In this document: one piece after another, positions 22,823 to 35,564 of the stretch | Layout: each line of letters opens with the position of its first letter | How positions within the stretch are numbered: the stretch's first letter is position 1 | Origin: Antedon mediterranea | Taxonomy: Eukaryota; Animalia; Echinodermata | NCBI RefSeq assembly: GCF_964355755.1 | Contig: NC_092673.1 | Coordinates: forward strand, 21,883,648 to 21,947,647 | DNA length: 64,000 bases | Direction of reading: 5' to 3' | Notes under the pieces: generated by a model | Databases searched by the model: none | The model's input: the letters and a program-made list of their open reading frames with translations, nothing else | What the model was told of the DNA's origin: nothing | Made by a program: the position numbers and the translations under genes

Positions 22823-23109
22823 CACTGTAAAGATAGTGTTTAGATCTTAAACATCTATTTTGTACCACATTTTCTACACATTTCTTTGAAACACGTAGTT
22901 ACATATTGTTTAGCATGTAGATATAAACACGTTTAGGTTTTAAAAAACCTAAACGTGTTTATATCTACATGCTGTTTTCCTCCACTCGTTAAGCAGTCAA
23001 CATGTTACTATATTTAAAAAAAAAAATTTTTGTTATTAACATTAACTATTATGTTCAGTCAACATGTTTAGGTACGTGTTTAGCGTTGCGTGCATATGAT
23101 TTTACTGTG
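22823..23109. mobile_element. CACTG-terminated non-autonomous element (EnSpm/CACTA-like) with internal perfect palindrome
   Basis: CACTGTAAA...TTTACTGTG ends, repeated GTGTTTAG motifs, 30-bp perfect arms at 22912-22973. Confidence 0.5.
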
Positions 23110-23533
23110 GCGGAAAAAAGCTCCACACATGAGCTCTACACATGGCAAATAAACAAGATATATAACAAAGTATGGCCACGTTATACAATTAATCGTCCTC
23201 CAATTATTGTTAACTATGATAATAAATTTATATGATTTGTATGTACCGATTATCACCTTTTATATCTTCACAAAAATTACATATATTTCGTTAAAAACAA
23301 ATTAAAAGTTTTTTGTTTGTTTCGTTCTTTTGATGTGCTGCATACATTTTTTAATGTATTTTCATTATTAGAATGCACTACCGATTGGGGTTTGGTAGCA
23401 AAAACTAACGACGTGAATGTACAAAGAACAAATCACGTACGTACGCGTCGTGATGTTTGCTCTCAAAACCCTTCCCCTCATGCGTCGCGCATGCTACTTG
23501 CGATATAGCCCTACCATTTGCGGAGGACCATTT

Positions 23534-23749
23534 GTCGTATTCGAGTGTACTACCGTTGAGTAGTTTTTCCGTTGAGTACTTCTTTAACGGAGTGTTTTGA
23601 GCGTTGAGATTGTTCTTAACGAAAAAGCCTTCGTTGTCAGCGTTTTCTATTCGAATGACTTTCTGTTGAGCACAAATTTACAATTCGAATACAAAAAGTA
23701 CTCAACGAATCTCTACGTTGACAACGAAAGTTCCCAATCGAATACAACA
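23534..23749. mobile_element. Small TIR element with repeated CGTTGAG subterminal motifs
   Basis: GTCGTATTCGA / TCGAATACAAC ends; several CGTTGAG and CTCAACG motifs. Confidence 0.45.
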
Positions 23750-23832
23750 ATTGTCTACCCCTTTATCGAACAGATGGAAACGGTACAAAAGCTGACTTTT
23801 CACACACTATTGTTTGTGGATCATAACAATAG

Positions 23833-24073
23833 CAGTGGCGTATCCAGGATGTTGAAGTCGGGTGGGGGGGGGGGGGGGAATTGCCAATTTGCTTACAAAA
23901 TCAATGTCATTACCTGTACTGTCATGCCTAGGCCTACACATCAATATATGTTCTAGGATTGCATAGTCATGTTGTCTTATATAGGGATAACGATGCAAAA
24001 TTAAGACCAAATTAAACATTATCTGTACTTTTGTTTGCCGACGGACGTGGCCCCCACACTGGATACGCCACTG
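23833..24073. mobile_element. hAT-like MITE with perfect 8-bp TSD
   Basis: AACAATAG|CAGTGGCGTATCCAG...CTGGATACGCCACTG|AACAATAG. Confidence 0.92.
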
Positions 24074-24653
24074 AACAATAGTATAGATTCCTTTGTTTAT
24101 GAAAAGGATGTTATCAACACATAATAACATTTAGATAAAAAGAATAGAGACCTCAAGGCCCACTATTACACCTATCAACTGATTTCTCCATGGTTACATG
24201 ATACGTCACACTCAATATCATAGAAGAGCTTATATAGGCCTATTGTTTTTAAATTCACAGTTTCTAACACGAATTTTTTTTGTTATAATTTCTTTTTAAA
24301 TTTTTTTAAAGAAATAAAACCCACTTATGTGACATATCTATGTTTTTTCATAATTTTGTATTAATTTAATTTAAATAATAAAAGGAATCATCTCCTTCTC
24401 TACCTATTACCAATTTTACAATGTGTCCATTAATAGATTTGTTCGAGTAAATTTTTATCGTAAAACGTATTCTTTATTTTTCGAACAAATTGTGGTTAGG
24501 ATCAGGGGAGAGACAATCAGGATTTACCGAATAAAACGAATTCAAAACGTAAATTGTATCTATCTTATCTTGTGCGTTTGTTAGCCTAAAGCATATTATT
24601 GAAAATAATTATACAGTATAAAAAATACTTTGCCGAGATATAAAAAGAAGCTA

Positions 24654-24885
24654 TAAGGTGTTTGTAACCCACGGACATTTAGGCCACTATTGTCAAAGAA
24701 ACCAAATAATATAGGCATAGGCCTAATGTACCTTAATAAAATAATTTATCATTGAAGTAAAAACTCAACATAAGGTGTTTGTAACCCATGAACAGTTTGG
24801 CCTATCATTGTCAATGAACATAAATAATGGGCCTACTATGTACCTAAATCAAATCGTTTATCATTGAATTGAAAATTCAACAGGA
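24654..24885. repeat. ~118-bp tandem duplication
   Basis: TAAGGTGTTTGTAACCCA...TTTATCATTGAA.T.AAAA.TCAACA twice. Confidence 0.75.
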
Positions 24886-26253
24886 AATAAGTTGATTAAA
24901 ATTATATCATTGTTTCTTCACAATCTAAAGATTTTGTTAAATTAAAAAAACGAGCGTTTACGCGTAAATGAAGCTGTGACGCAGGTGACGGTTTATTAAT
25001 TTACATTTGCAAGCAAATTGTTCATCTGAAAAACATACTTCGTTAATGAATGAAATGCTTTTCTAAAACATTAGTTTCTACAGTAAATTAATTAAACTTT
25101 GTAGGTTATAACGATCTTAAATAGGTAAATCTAACATTCTTAAACGAAATAAATCAACGAATAATTTTTCTTTTTCTTTAAATATTAAAGGATAGTTTAT
25201 GAAATATTTTATTCGTATTTTTTCCTCGAAAGACCAATGATAAACATGGAGGAAATATATATTTATATATATTTCCTCCATGTGATAAACAATAGTTTTC
25301 TGTTAAATCTAAATACGCTATGTAAATTAATTATATTTTTAATGTAAAATTGCAATATTTTTACTTACTTTTAATTTAATTTTTGTACGGAGATTTCCAC
25401 GAATTTCCAAGCAAAAAAATGGCGCAGAGATATTTTGTTAAAACGGTAATGCGTCGGCGTGAATTCAATTAATGCCAGTTCACTGAAGGCTCACGCTTAT
25501 TCTATCCATTTATTTCACAATGTTGTTCTGTTACTATGGGTTACTACAGATGCTGTGGAAATTAAGTATTGACGTCTCCAAAGCAACCGATTTTAAAATC
25601 TGCAGTTGAAACAAAAAATTTACATAAGTATTATTATTAGATCTACTCTGAAAGGGTCTTTAATGCACCATTGGGTTTTAGTGGATGTGTGACGCAAATT
25701 ACAATTGGATTTACCATGTATTTACGATCTAATTAATCCAGTGAGTAGGCCACTGTATCAGGTTGTTGATACACTCCAAAAAAGTGTATGGTACTTCAAG
25801 TAGTAGGCCTGGATATAAAGGTATAATAAAGTATACGAAAGTATGTAATAAAAAAGGTAAAAGAATACAATATATAACATTTTATTTGTACTGCTGACAA
25901 GTTATTTACTTAAAAAAGTTACCGTCAAGCCAAGGCGAGGCTAAGTACACACTGGTAGGTACTGGTACAACGAAAGCATGAAATAAAAATCGTGTTTTCT
26001 GAAGTGGTTTTAAAAATGAGTATTGTTTAATGACATTAAATGCAAAATAAATAAAGATTATGTATAGGTATTGATAATATTAACATTTTGTGTATTCATA
26101 ATTTTGTTAGACATGAAGTCTCTGTCATGACATCAAATGTAAATATTGAGTTTTCAATAAAAACAACACAATTAAAATGTGCATGAATACATTCATACTA
26201 TGAACAAGGCAATATTATGTCGTTTCAATAAATATTGCTGCTACGTTAGCGTA

Positions 26254-26566
26254 GGGAGTGCGTGTTGCGCAGTGTGTTGGACGTTGGACTACCGATCGTC
26301 AGACCTAGGTTCGAATCCAACTCTCGCCGCATTGCTTGTATCCGTAGGCAAGATACTTTACTTACGTTGCCTCTCTCCACCTAGGTGTATAAATGGGTAC
26401 CCAGTTAGATCTAGACACAACTGCGCTGGTTACCGGCTGCATTATGGGAGTATGTTTCCATACGTGTTTGATCCCAAAAAATACTGGGGTAATAATGCTT
26501 GTAAAGCGCCTTTGAGCATGATTACTCATGAAAAGGGCGCTATATAAATCTGGTATTATTATATTA
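26254..26566 (+). mobile_element. tRNA-derived SINE with CORE-like centre and L2-type 3' tail
   Basis: B box GGTTCGAATCC; GGCAAGATACTT...CCACCTAGGTGTATAAATGGGTACC core; tail TGTAAAGCGCCTTTGAG...AAGGGCGCTATATAAAT followed by (TAT)n. Confidence 0.8.
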
Positions 26567-26715
26567 TACGATTCTATTTTAACGTACGATGCTGATGGAT
26601 TAAAATCCTCAGTTTATTGTGAATTGGATAGATTTGTTTTTGTTGTTTCTATGGAGCTAAGTTGCACGTAAGAATCATAACAAAAGATTAATTAATCAAC
26701 AAATACTTGAATATA

Positions 26716-26867
26716 AGCTCTGTACATCAAACTTTATGTGGAAAAAAAATGTGATGTACCATATATGAACATGATGATGTCATATCACTACCATATTTAA
26801 GCATATCACTACCATATTTGGGTACATCACACTTTTGTCATACTAGTTTGATAGTGTAGACAGAATT
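26716..26867. mobile_element. MITE family A copy
   Basis: Both TIRs (slightly deleted) and internal repeats. Confidence 0.8.
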
Positions 26868-27446
26868 TAGGCTCTTATTTAATTTCTGGAAAATTTCCAC
26901 GATGCTGTGTGGTGGTTCGACATTTTCCCGAAGACAAGTTTGCCAAATATTAGTTTGTTCGCAAAAACGAGAGTTGTAGACATGTTTAATAATGCGGATG
27001 TCTTATCTAATAATACTATTATTTCATCAAGTCACGCTGTAACCAAGGTGAAAATTGAAAATAAATAAAAAATACAAAAGCATCCAAATTGCATAAAGAA
27101 CCCGGATCTCATAAAAATAATCATTAATTATTTCACTAACAAAGTAAAAATGTATCACTGTGACAAAAATAAATTTAGAAAATGTACGGTAGTTCTCCGT
27201 AGAAAGTGTGCCTACAAATTGTTCTACAAGCCACTATGGATCAATAGCGAGAACTCATGCCTATATAGGATAGTCCTAGACTTAGGACCCATATTAAGGG
27301 AAACATTCGGGACCCGGAATAAAGCCTCTTATTTAAAAGATGTTTACCCTGAATAGGGTCGTCGTAAGAATAAACAAATAATTATGATTTCCACTCTTTC
27401 GGTTCACAGGACGGTCACTTAATAATATAATAAGTGTGTCCCTTAA

Positions 27447-27942
27447 AGGCCAGGTACGGGCAAAAAATTCTATTGATTATACATTAAAATAATTATCGAT
27501 CTCTAGTTTCCCCTATGTTTCATAATTTTTGGGATTTTATTCATTTGTGTTACACAAGCTTGTTAAAAATAAGCACTTTCTTATCAGTGGGGGGATAGTT
27601 CAAATTACACAGCAAATCATTCTTTTGTACACAAATGTTGTAAATAGAGAGGCATTTTTTAAAAATGATTAAAAATAAACGGTGAGGTAAAAAATGTTAT
27701 CAGATGACTAAATATACGTTTATTTTCATGCTATAACAAAAATTATCCACCGTATATCCACCATGTTATTACATTAGGTTAAACTATACCTTCTTCCTGG
27801 TTTTTATGCTAAATTTTGTATTTGAACATTTTAAGGGAGGAATTAGGCCTAATGTTTTTTCGTCTTGATTTCTATTACAAATATTTGATTTTTGTACAAT
27901 TAACTAGATATTATATTTAAAATTCAAGCTTGTACCTGAGCT
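27447..27942. mobile_element. Kolobok-like TIR element, TTAA TSD
   Basis: TTAA|AGGCCAGGTAC...GTACCTGAGCT|TTAA. Confidence 0.65.
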
Positions 27943-29304
27943 TTAAAGACTGTATGTTGCAAACCAATAGGCCTAAGTAAGGATAAATTCTGTTTCAAAG
28001 TTGCCAGGTTAAGAATACATCACAAAACAACAACAACAATATGTAACCAAGAAGTTGATGCCAAAATCGATCACTATTGTCTGTCTAAGTGAAATATCCT
28101 TCTTATTCATACTGTTTTTATTCAATCGATTATCAAGTGAATACTTAAAACGTTTTTATCTCTCATGGCGGCTGGCCGGCCAAACACTATTATTATCATT
28201 ATTTTACATTATTCCGAGACAAGATTCACGCTGTTCTTCAATGTTTATGGGGGATTTATGGTTATTATCTTCAGTTTAACAACTCTACATCTGATTTCAT
28301 CAGTGTATAGGCTAAGAATATCTCAAAATATATATTTTAATTATGATAATAAATAGCACGACTAGATTTAGAAACAAATTGTTGTTGTGGACAGAGGAAC
28401 GGACATCGCCGTTTGGTGGCATCATTCGAAGGAAACCTTGGGGAAAAAAAATTGTGGTATGTGTCGTCCACATCTGTGCTGCGCAGTTAATTGGCTGCAA
28501 AGTCGCAGATTATTCCTCCTATTTAGGCCTACATTTACATTACATGCTTGGATTGTATGTTTCAAGAGGAACAAGTTGAATAATACATTTCTTGCAAAAA
28601 TATTAAACAGAATGATTCAATACATTGGAGAATATAAAATGCATTTACATTGTACATTTATCAGTATGGCAATAATGACCTTCATATTTAAATCCCGATT
28701 GTCCAGAGTTTGATGGAGTTATCGATTTAAAACAATTTCAACCTAGAATGTAATTGAGTAAACAGATACATGACACCCCTGCCTGTAGTGGGGATCACCC
28801 AGAGCAGCTCCGTTGCATCCAAGAAACCCGGCCTATTGGATCTGCCTACAAACGTACGACGTAACATGGTGGTTATTTAAATACGGACATCAATGGTTCG
28901 ACCTTTAAGAATATCCCGAGAAGTAGGGCGCGCCAGAAGTAGCTTATACCAATTTAAAGCTGAGAATCATCGACACGTTTGTTGTTGTTGTTGTGTTTAG
29001 TTGAAAACAATACATCACAATAATAGATATATGGATTGGAATCGATATCAAGTAGATACCAGAAACGCGTTTCAATGGATAAAGGAACGCAAGTGGAACA
29101 CGCAATCGGAACTAAATTAACTTTGAATGCGTTCTAGGATATTAACGAAACAGATATTAATATTATTGGTAAAAGTAAAAAGGAGACACTCACAATTATT
29201 TATACTTGGTTGAACTAATGGAACGCGTTACAATGGGAACAGGTTCACGCAAACAGCCAAACAAAGCAATTATCTAAGTTTGATGATGTTTTGTACAACG
29301 GATC

Positions 29305-29625
29305 ATGTCAAGAACTAGAAGACAAAAGACGGCATCAACAAATTATGCCATAATGGCTGAAGCCAAAACAGATTCTGATTGCGCTGATGAATATAAAAGT
29401 ACTTCGAATGTCTCCCGACTAAGTAGAACAAACTTAAAAGTTTTTGACAATTACTATGGTAACAAGGATGACAAGGTTTATCGAGATAAACAGGGGTGGA
29501 TACGGAACTGGTTAGAGGAATTAAGAGAGAGAAGAGAAGCAAATAAATTTAAACAGGCGCGAAAGTTATACCATTTACCTCCCGTTGACGGAGGTGGGGC
29601 AACAAGGAATGTATGGACAAAGTGA
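29305..29625 (+). CDS. Small intronless hypothetical protein (106 aa)
   Basis: ATG in ATCATG context, GC-richer and purine-rich relative to flanks, natural hydrophilic composition (...GWIRNWLEELRERREANK...YHLPPV); TATA-like TATTTAAATA at ~28874. No family recognised. Confidence 0.5.
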   Translation: MSRTRRQKTASTNYAIMAEAKTDSDCADEYKSTSNVSRLSRTNLKVFDNYYGNKDDKVYRDKQGWIRNWLEELRERREANKFKQARKLYHLPPVDGGGATRNVWTK

Positions 29626-30786
29626 TACCGACATGCAAGGTGGGAAAACGCGGTTGAAAGCATGGCAGACTGTATAAGAAATACAACAAGAACACTATAG
29701 CCTACTAGTAGACACTTTTAAACACGATGAAATATCATTGTGCCGTCTGTGTTAAATATGAATAATTAGGAGATATTTATTACAAGGCAATTTCAATTTC
29801 CATCAATCACCGAAGTGAATATTAAATTATAGGCCTATTAAATCTATAAGAAAGGCCTTGATCGCCACACAATGTTAGTGTTCTTTCCTTTTGTTAAGAC
29901 ATAATGCGAGAGATTGCCATAATTTTTCATAATCAATGATCACAACACGTATGACAAGACAAAATACGAAAAGTGCATAAACAGTAGACCTTCGCTTCCT
30001 ATATAATGTTATTGTTATTGCATCATTTATAATCTTTAACATTCATTAGAAAGGGCGTTATCAATATCACATGCTTTAGAATGATAGAAAAAAACTCTTT
30101 TGTCGCCAACTGGTGGATAAGAGATCGGAGAGGGCGAGAGATAAGAATATAAAAATGTTCCGTTCTTAATGATGTAGCCCTCTATAGTTGAGGTAAAGCT
30201 TGTTCTGTCTTTGACTAAAGATATAATATACTACTACTACTAGTAATAAGGGTGTCAGCCATATATTTGTACTGTACTTCAAAAATTACACTCCAGTAAA
30301 TATATTTGTTGGTAATACACAAATTGCTATGACTTTATTTCTACATTTTATTAATGATTATCACCATTATTTATAGGTAAATGTAGTTACTGCAGTACTG
30401 TGGTCCCGACTGCAGTATAACACGATACCAAGCAAATAAAACATAATTAAAAACAGTTCATCAGTTTTAATGATCACTTCAGTTCGTCGATTGGTCAAAA
30501 GTTTACTCATATCGATCCAATGCGCACACTGCATGCGCATGCTATTCTTTTTTTAAACGAGAAATGAATAGCGCCCCCAATGTTTAGTAAAGCTCCAGAA
30601 CAACATTACAGATCACTCTAAAACTTAGTACGAAAACTTTCTCTCTATAGCTTTGTTCACCTATTACCTATGCATGCCATGTTTCAGAGCCGTCAGACGA
30701 CGCGTAAAGAACTAGTAGCTTGAAAGTTGGCTCAATAGTGTCCAGATGGAAGAAGAAGAAGAGTAAGAGAAGATGAGTCCCAGTCC

Positions 30787-30910
30787 TGTGATGTGCCCAT
30801 AATAATGGACTTGATGATGTCATACACTACCGTATTTGGGCATATTTCACCACCATATTTGGGCACATCACACTTTTTTGTCAAACTAGTTTGATGGTGT
30901 AGACAGAGCT
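30787..30910. mobile_element. MITE family A, partial copy
   Basis: Internal repeats and right TIR GTTTGATGGTGTAGACAGAGCT. Confidence 0.75.
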
Positions 30911-32387
30911 AAAGAGAGAGTACAGTATATGAATATATTTTTTACTAAAACAATAAAATATTTGATGATGTTTACAGTACCAGCTCCGATTGGAGAGCGC
31001 TCGCTTAGCTTGTGAGAGAATCATCGCCCGGGGTTTCCAATAATTTAGGTCAAAGTTTATTACTGATAGTGATACTGTTATTTTTTTCCTGAGATTTCTT
31101 TATATTTTTTCGTTTATTCGGTAATTTTTTAATACAAAACTCATTTTTAGTGTTATATTATAGCACACTATTAAAACTAATCTGGGTTCCAGACGGAGTT
31201 TTGTCTTAATATTAGTAAAAAGATAAATATTTTGGCACATATGGCGTTTTAGACGTATACTACTTGATTTTGGATACTACTGTATTTTCAGACAAAAATC
31301 GCGGTCGAAATAAAAACAAATAAATAAAAAAGACAATACAGACTTGAAGCAAGTCTATAAAACATGCAATTGAAAATACTATAGGCCTATATTCTATACA
31401 GAATTAGTGGCATTGGAAGAAAAAACAAATAATACAAACTAACAATAACATGCACAAAAATTAATAATATAGTTTATTAATTCACAATTATTTTTGTAGT
31501 TTTTAAAAGTTAATTCATATCATTAATTATTATTAATACTAAATACTGTACAAATATTGCATATTAATTAATTAAAATATTTAAAAACAATTATCTCATG
31601 ACATGACATACATACTAAATAGAAAAGGTCTTTGGTCTTACATACATTGTATTTATTCCTATCCGTATCCGTGATATACAAAAAGGGATCAGCACCGAGG
31701 AGAGACAATAGCTGTTGAAAAAAACTATCGCCAAAAACTGTTTCTTCAACTCAGGACAATCAAACATTGCAAGCTAAAATATTTCTGGGGAGAATTTATA
31801 TTTTTATACAAATTGTTACAAACAATATTAACATGTCATACAATTATAACAGGCTTAATTATTCGTATTTGATTTCCTTTGTGGGCTTGTTCCACTTTTA
31901 TTGTATAATATAATACCTATTACCTAGTATAAATCCAAAAGTTTATTTGAAAAAAATTTTATAGATATTTCACTGATGATACTGTAGTAAAATTTAATAA
32001 TAACATAATTATTATGTCTTATATATGGAGAGAGCAGGTTCTGGAATTTTTCCTTTTAATCAATCTTTTAATTTAATTAATTTTTGTAATTAATCATAAT
32101 ATTTGATTTGCTTATTAAAATGTTTTACTGATGATGTACCAATAAAGTTATAAATTCATAATCATAATGTCTCATATATAGAGAGCAGGTACCGGAATTT
32201 TGTTAACCTTTTATTAATCAAAATTATTATTAATAATATATGAAAGTAAAAAACAAGGTCAAAACCTATTAATTGAAGGAAATATCTACATAATTTTTAT
32301 TCCAATTCATTGTATACTGTAGTAGGTCTAATATTAATTTTCGTACTATTATAATAATATAGTATATTTAATTAACAGTAATGTAAA

Positions 32388-33445
32388 TTAAACTTGTAAT
32401 TTTTTAAATTTATTGGAACATTTTCCTGGAGATGGGGCATAATACAGCTTAATATTATTCCATGGCTTAGCATTTTTATCCATCCAATTACATATTTCAA
32501 CTCCATGATGGTGGCACACAATTTGAATCAATGTGACCACATCAGCCTCAGCATTGTGAACATTTTCTGGTAGTTTTCCAAATGTTCTTTTATATATTTC
32601 TGCCAATTTATAAGACACCTTTCTCTTCTTGGAAGGACTGTGTTCATTGGACGTTGACGACATAACTGGCAATGTATTGTTGTTACTTGTGGGTGAAGAA
32701 CTGGAAGGTTTGCTCAAAATATCTGGTTTTCTGGTCTGGCTTCTAATTTATCATCAATGTCTTGAAATGCTATCAAGGAATCCACACAGAGTACGTCACA
32801 CGGCAGCGAACAATCAATGTAATTCAACTCAGTTTTAAGTAATGGGAAATCAAATCGTTCCCCATTGTGTGCGACTAGACATACAGGTTTTGTCTGTCTA
32901 TTAAGGAAGGCGTTGATACAATCTACAAGATTACTGTCAAAGCCTTTTTTCTCATTCTCCAGAAGAATCGAGTTATCTAGACCGGTCATATCACCTGAAT
33001 GTATTTGCTTGTTAGGGTATAAACACAGTGTCATCTTATCAACCACCCTCGGGATGACAGGAGGACTTGATGTGCTACTTGTTGAACCATTAATGCTTGA
33101 TCTGTGAACAGCTATCAAGCAAATCTCAGTAATTTTTGGTCTTTCACACGGGAGTAATGCAGATGACTCTAAATCCAAAAATACAAACGACTTAATTACA
33201 TTTACATCTCGTTCGATATCAAGCTGTTGCTTACTGGTACTAGCCCTGCTACACGATTTTTCGCTAGTAGGCATCGGCCGACAAGAGTAGGAGCTTTCAT
33301 CGCCGCCAGACCCGGCGTCGTCGTTCGAACTATCATCAATTGTTAATGCCCCTTCTACTACTAGGCCTAGCATCCGACGAGATCTAGGTGGTGGACTACC
33401 TAGGCCTAGAGAGTGAGACGCAGATTTATCTTTAATACCAAGCAT
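32388..33445 (-). pseudogene. TREX1: Intronless TREX1/TREX2-like DEDDh 3'-5' exonuclease with a -1 frameshift (pseudogene, null allele or assembly error)
   Basis: ORF 33445-32714 carries ExoI FVFLDLES, PRVVDKMTLC, ExoII CLVAHNGERFDFPLL and CVDSL. ORF 32717-32388 carries SYKLAEIY and ExoIII HNAEADVVTL. The frames overlap between ~32745 and 32714; one extra A in GAAAAC (32727-32730) would join them. Confidence 0.8.
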
Positions 33446-34896
33446 AGCGGGATCGTAACACTTAAATGTAAAGTCAGTCCTTAATTATAGGCAAAACATT
33501 AAATAGAATACGCCACTATCATCTGCTAGGCCCAGGGCGTAATAACGGTAGTCGAGTTTCCTCTCTTCTTTCTTTGAGTGAGTGAGTGAGCGAGTCGAGT
33601 CGAGTAAGTTGGTATTTTCCGCTTGATTGCACACACAAAAAACATGTCCTGGTGGTCCGTCCCCCCCCCCCCCCCTGGCGGCCTATTTAAGAAACGCCTA
33701 ACAGCGGTAACCACAACAAACAAACAAAGATGAGATTTGAGTTGGTTGTGTAAAATAAAATGCATTTTTGGAAAATTTCAGTAAATCTAAACAAGAAATA
33801 CTTCTTACAAAAAACGTCGCTTGGTTGTTGACGTAACAGTTTTAAAGATATTGACCTTAGCAATAATACTAAGTGACAGAAATCGAGTTAGTGGTCTAAA
33901 ATTGGCTTTAATATTATTTAGACATCATTTTTATTTAAATTATTTATTAATAAGCACATCATCCTTTACAGATTTATTTTTTCGCGCCGCGGCTCTAGCC
34001 AGCTATGTCCCAGGAGGACACATTCATTAATAAGCTGTTTCATAGCGGTAGCTTTAGTATCTAAGGCTGACAGTTTTGTGAATTTGGAAACTCGACTATA
34101 ATTTATAGGTAGCTGCTGGACCCAAAAAACGTCCGGGAGAAGAGAGTCTATATGAAAGCCTTTGCTGATAATACATATTATTGAGATGTAGACGGAAATC
34201 TGTAAAATCTTGTTTAATAAAATAACTTCGTTTTTGCTGTCAACCAGGCCGGTATTATAATAAGTCACTGTCAAATAATCATTCGATAATGGTCAAAACT
34301 TTATTTTGGCTCTGTCAACATAGGCCTAAAGGGAAGTATTTACAATGACTTTCTTTTTTATGACTGTCAATCTAGGTCAATGTTATAATAATACGCCGTC
34401 AGATATTAAATCATTGAAACAGTCCTGGTAAATTTTTGTTTGGTTATCAGATGCCGTGGGGTGGGGGGGGGGGGGGTAGGTCTAATCAATTATCGTCAGA
34501 AGGTGAACAATCAGTCTAGGTAGCAGCAGCAGATTATTAGGAACGCCTGCTCCATTAATTAATCCAGAAAAAGAAAAAGGTTTGTACATTATCTATTTGT
34601 TTATTAGCCTTCTCCTAGCACAATTATATTTTCTTTAAAAAAAGGTTTTATAAGTGGTGTCAACATTTATGATAGTAATGTCACAGTTCTGTGTCTGGAC
34701 GCAAGTTCATAGACCTACTAGTTATATTATTCATATTAACTGATACTTACTCTTCATTTACCGTAAAGTTCAGTTTTAATGAAATATATAATATAAATTG
34801 GCTTCGTAACAATTAATTAGTGTTGAAAAGGTTAGTTTTTTGGTGATAGGTGAAAATGGCATGTAACTTCGTAATCAATTTATTTTTTTTGTATAA

Positions 34897-35257
34897 AGGC
34901 CCAATTACACTATGACGATAACGACGGACGATAAATATATAGCATGCATTTCTTTTACATAAACCAAAAGAAATTAGAAAGGTTTTCGTTCTAGACCTAT
35001 AGGATAATCATTTATGCTGTCTTTGATAAAAATAATGTTTTTCAAATTCCAATCAAATGACGTCATGATAAATAAAAACAATAAAATCGCTGTATTGTCA
35101 CGATATTATTGGTCTTACTAATCATGACGTCATTTGATTGAACGTGTGAAAATATAATTTTCATCAAAGAAATTTTTTATATTTCTTTTGGTTTATGTAT
35201 TAAAAATGCACATTTGTCTATTTATCGTCGATCGTTATTGTCCTAGTGTATGGGCCT
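34897..35257. mobile_element. MITE family C copy
   Basis: AGGCCCAATTACAC...GTGTATGGGCCT, homologous along its length to 15086-15500. Confidence 0.8.
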
Positions 35258-35564
35258 TATGCTGTAAATGTTCAATTAATTGATCATTCCGATTTTATTA
35301 GTTGGACTCTTGCACAGTTGCTGTCTAATCGTTGTTGTGTAATATCATTTCGAACCATATTAAAATCATAAAGAGATTCATATTCCTTAACATGTGGCTG
35401 TGCATGGAAGTCTGGTCTACACAAACTCGGGCCCGGGCCTGAAAGTGTTGGTGAATTCATAATTATACTTAATATTATATTTATAAATATATATATATAT
35501 ATATATATAATTATTTTTATTATACAATTGAAAGCAAAACCCGTTGAATCTCAAATCATTAGGA

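Noticed and set aside
26254-26330. Functional tRNA gene
   Set aside because: The cloverleaf is imperfect and continues into a SINE core and LINE-like tail.
32714-32745. Programmed -1 ribosomal frameshift in the TREX-like gene
   Set aside because: No canonical X XXY YYZ slippery heptamer or obvious downstream structure; a single-base indel is simpler.
33828-34421. TIR element upstream of the TREX-like gene
   Set aside because: Only weak inverted similarity (TGACG...ATTGACCT.AG / CTAGGTCAAT...CGTCA), no TSD and no second copy in the window.
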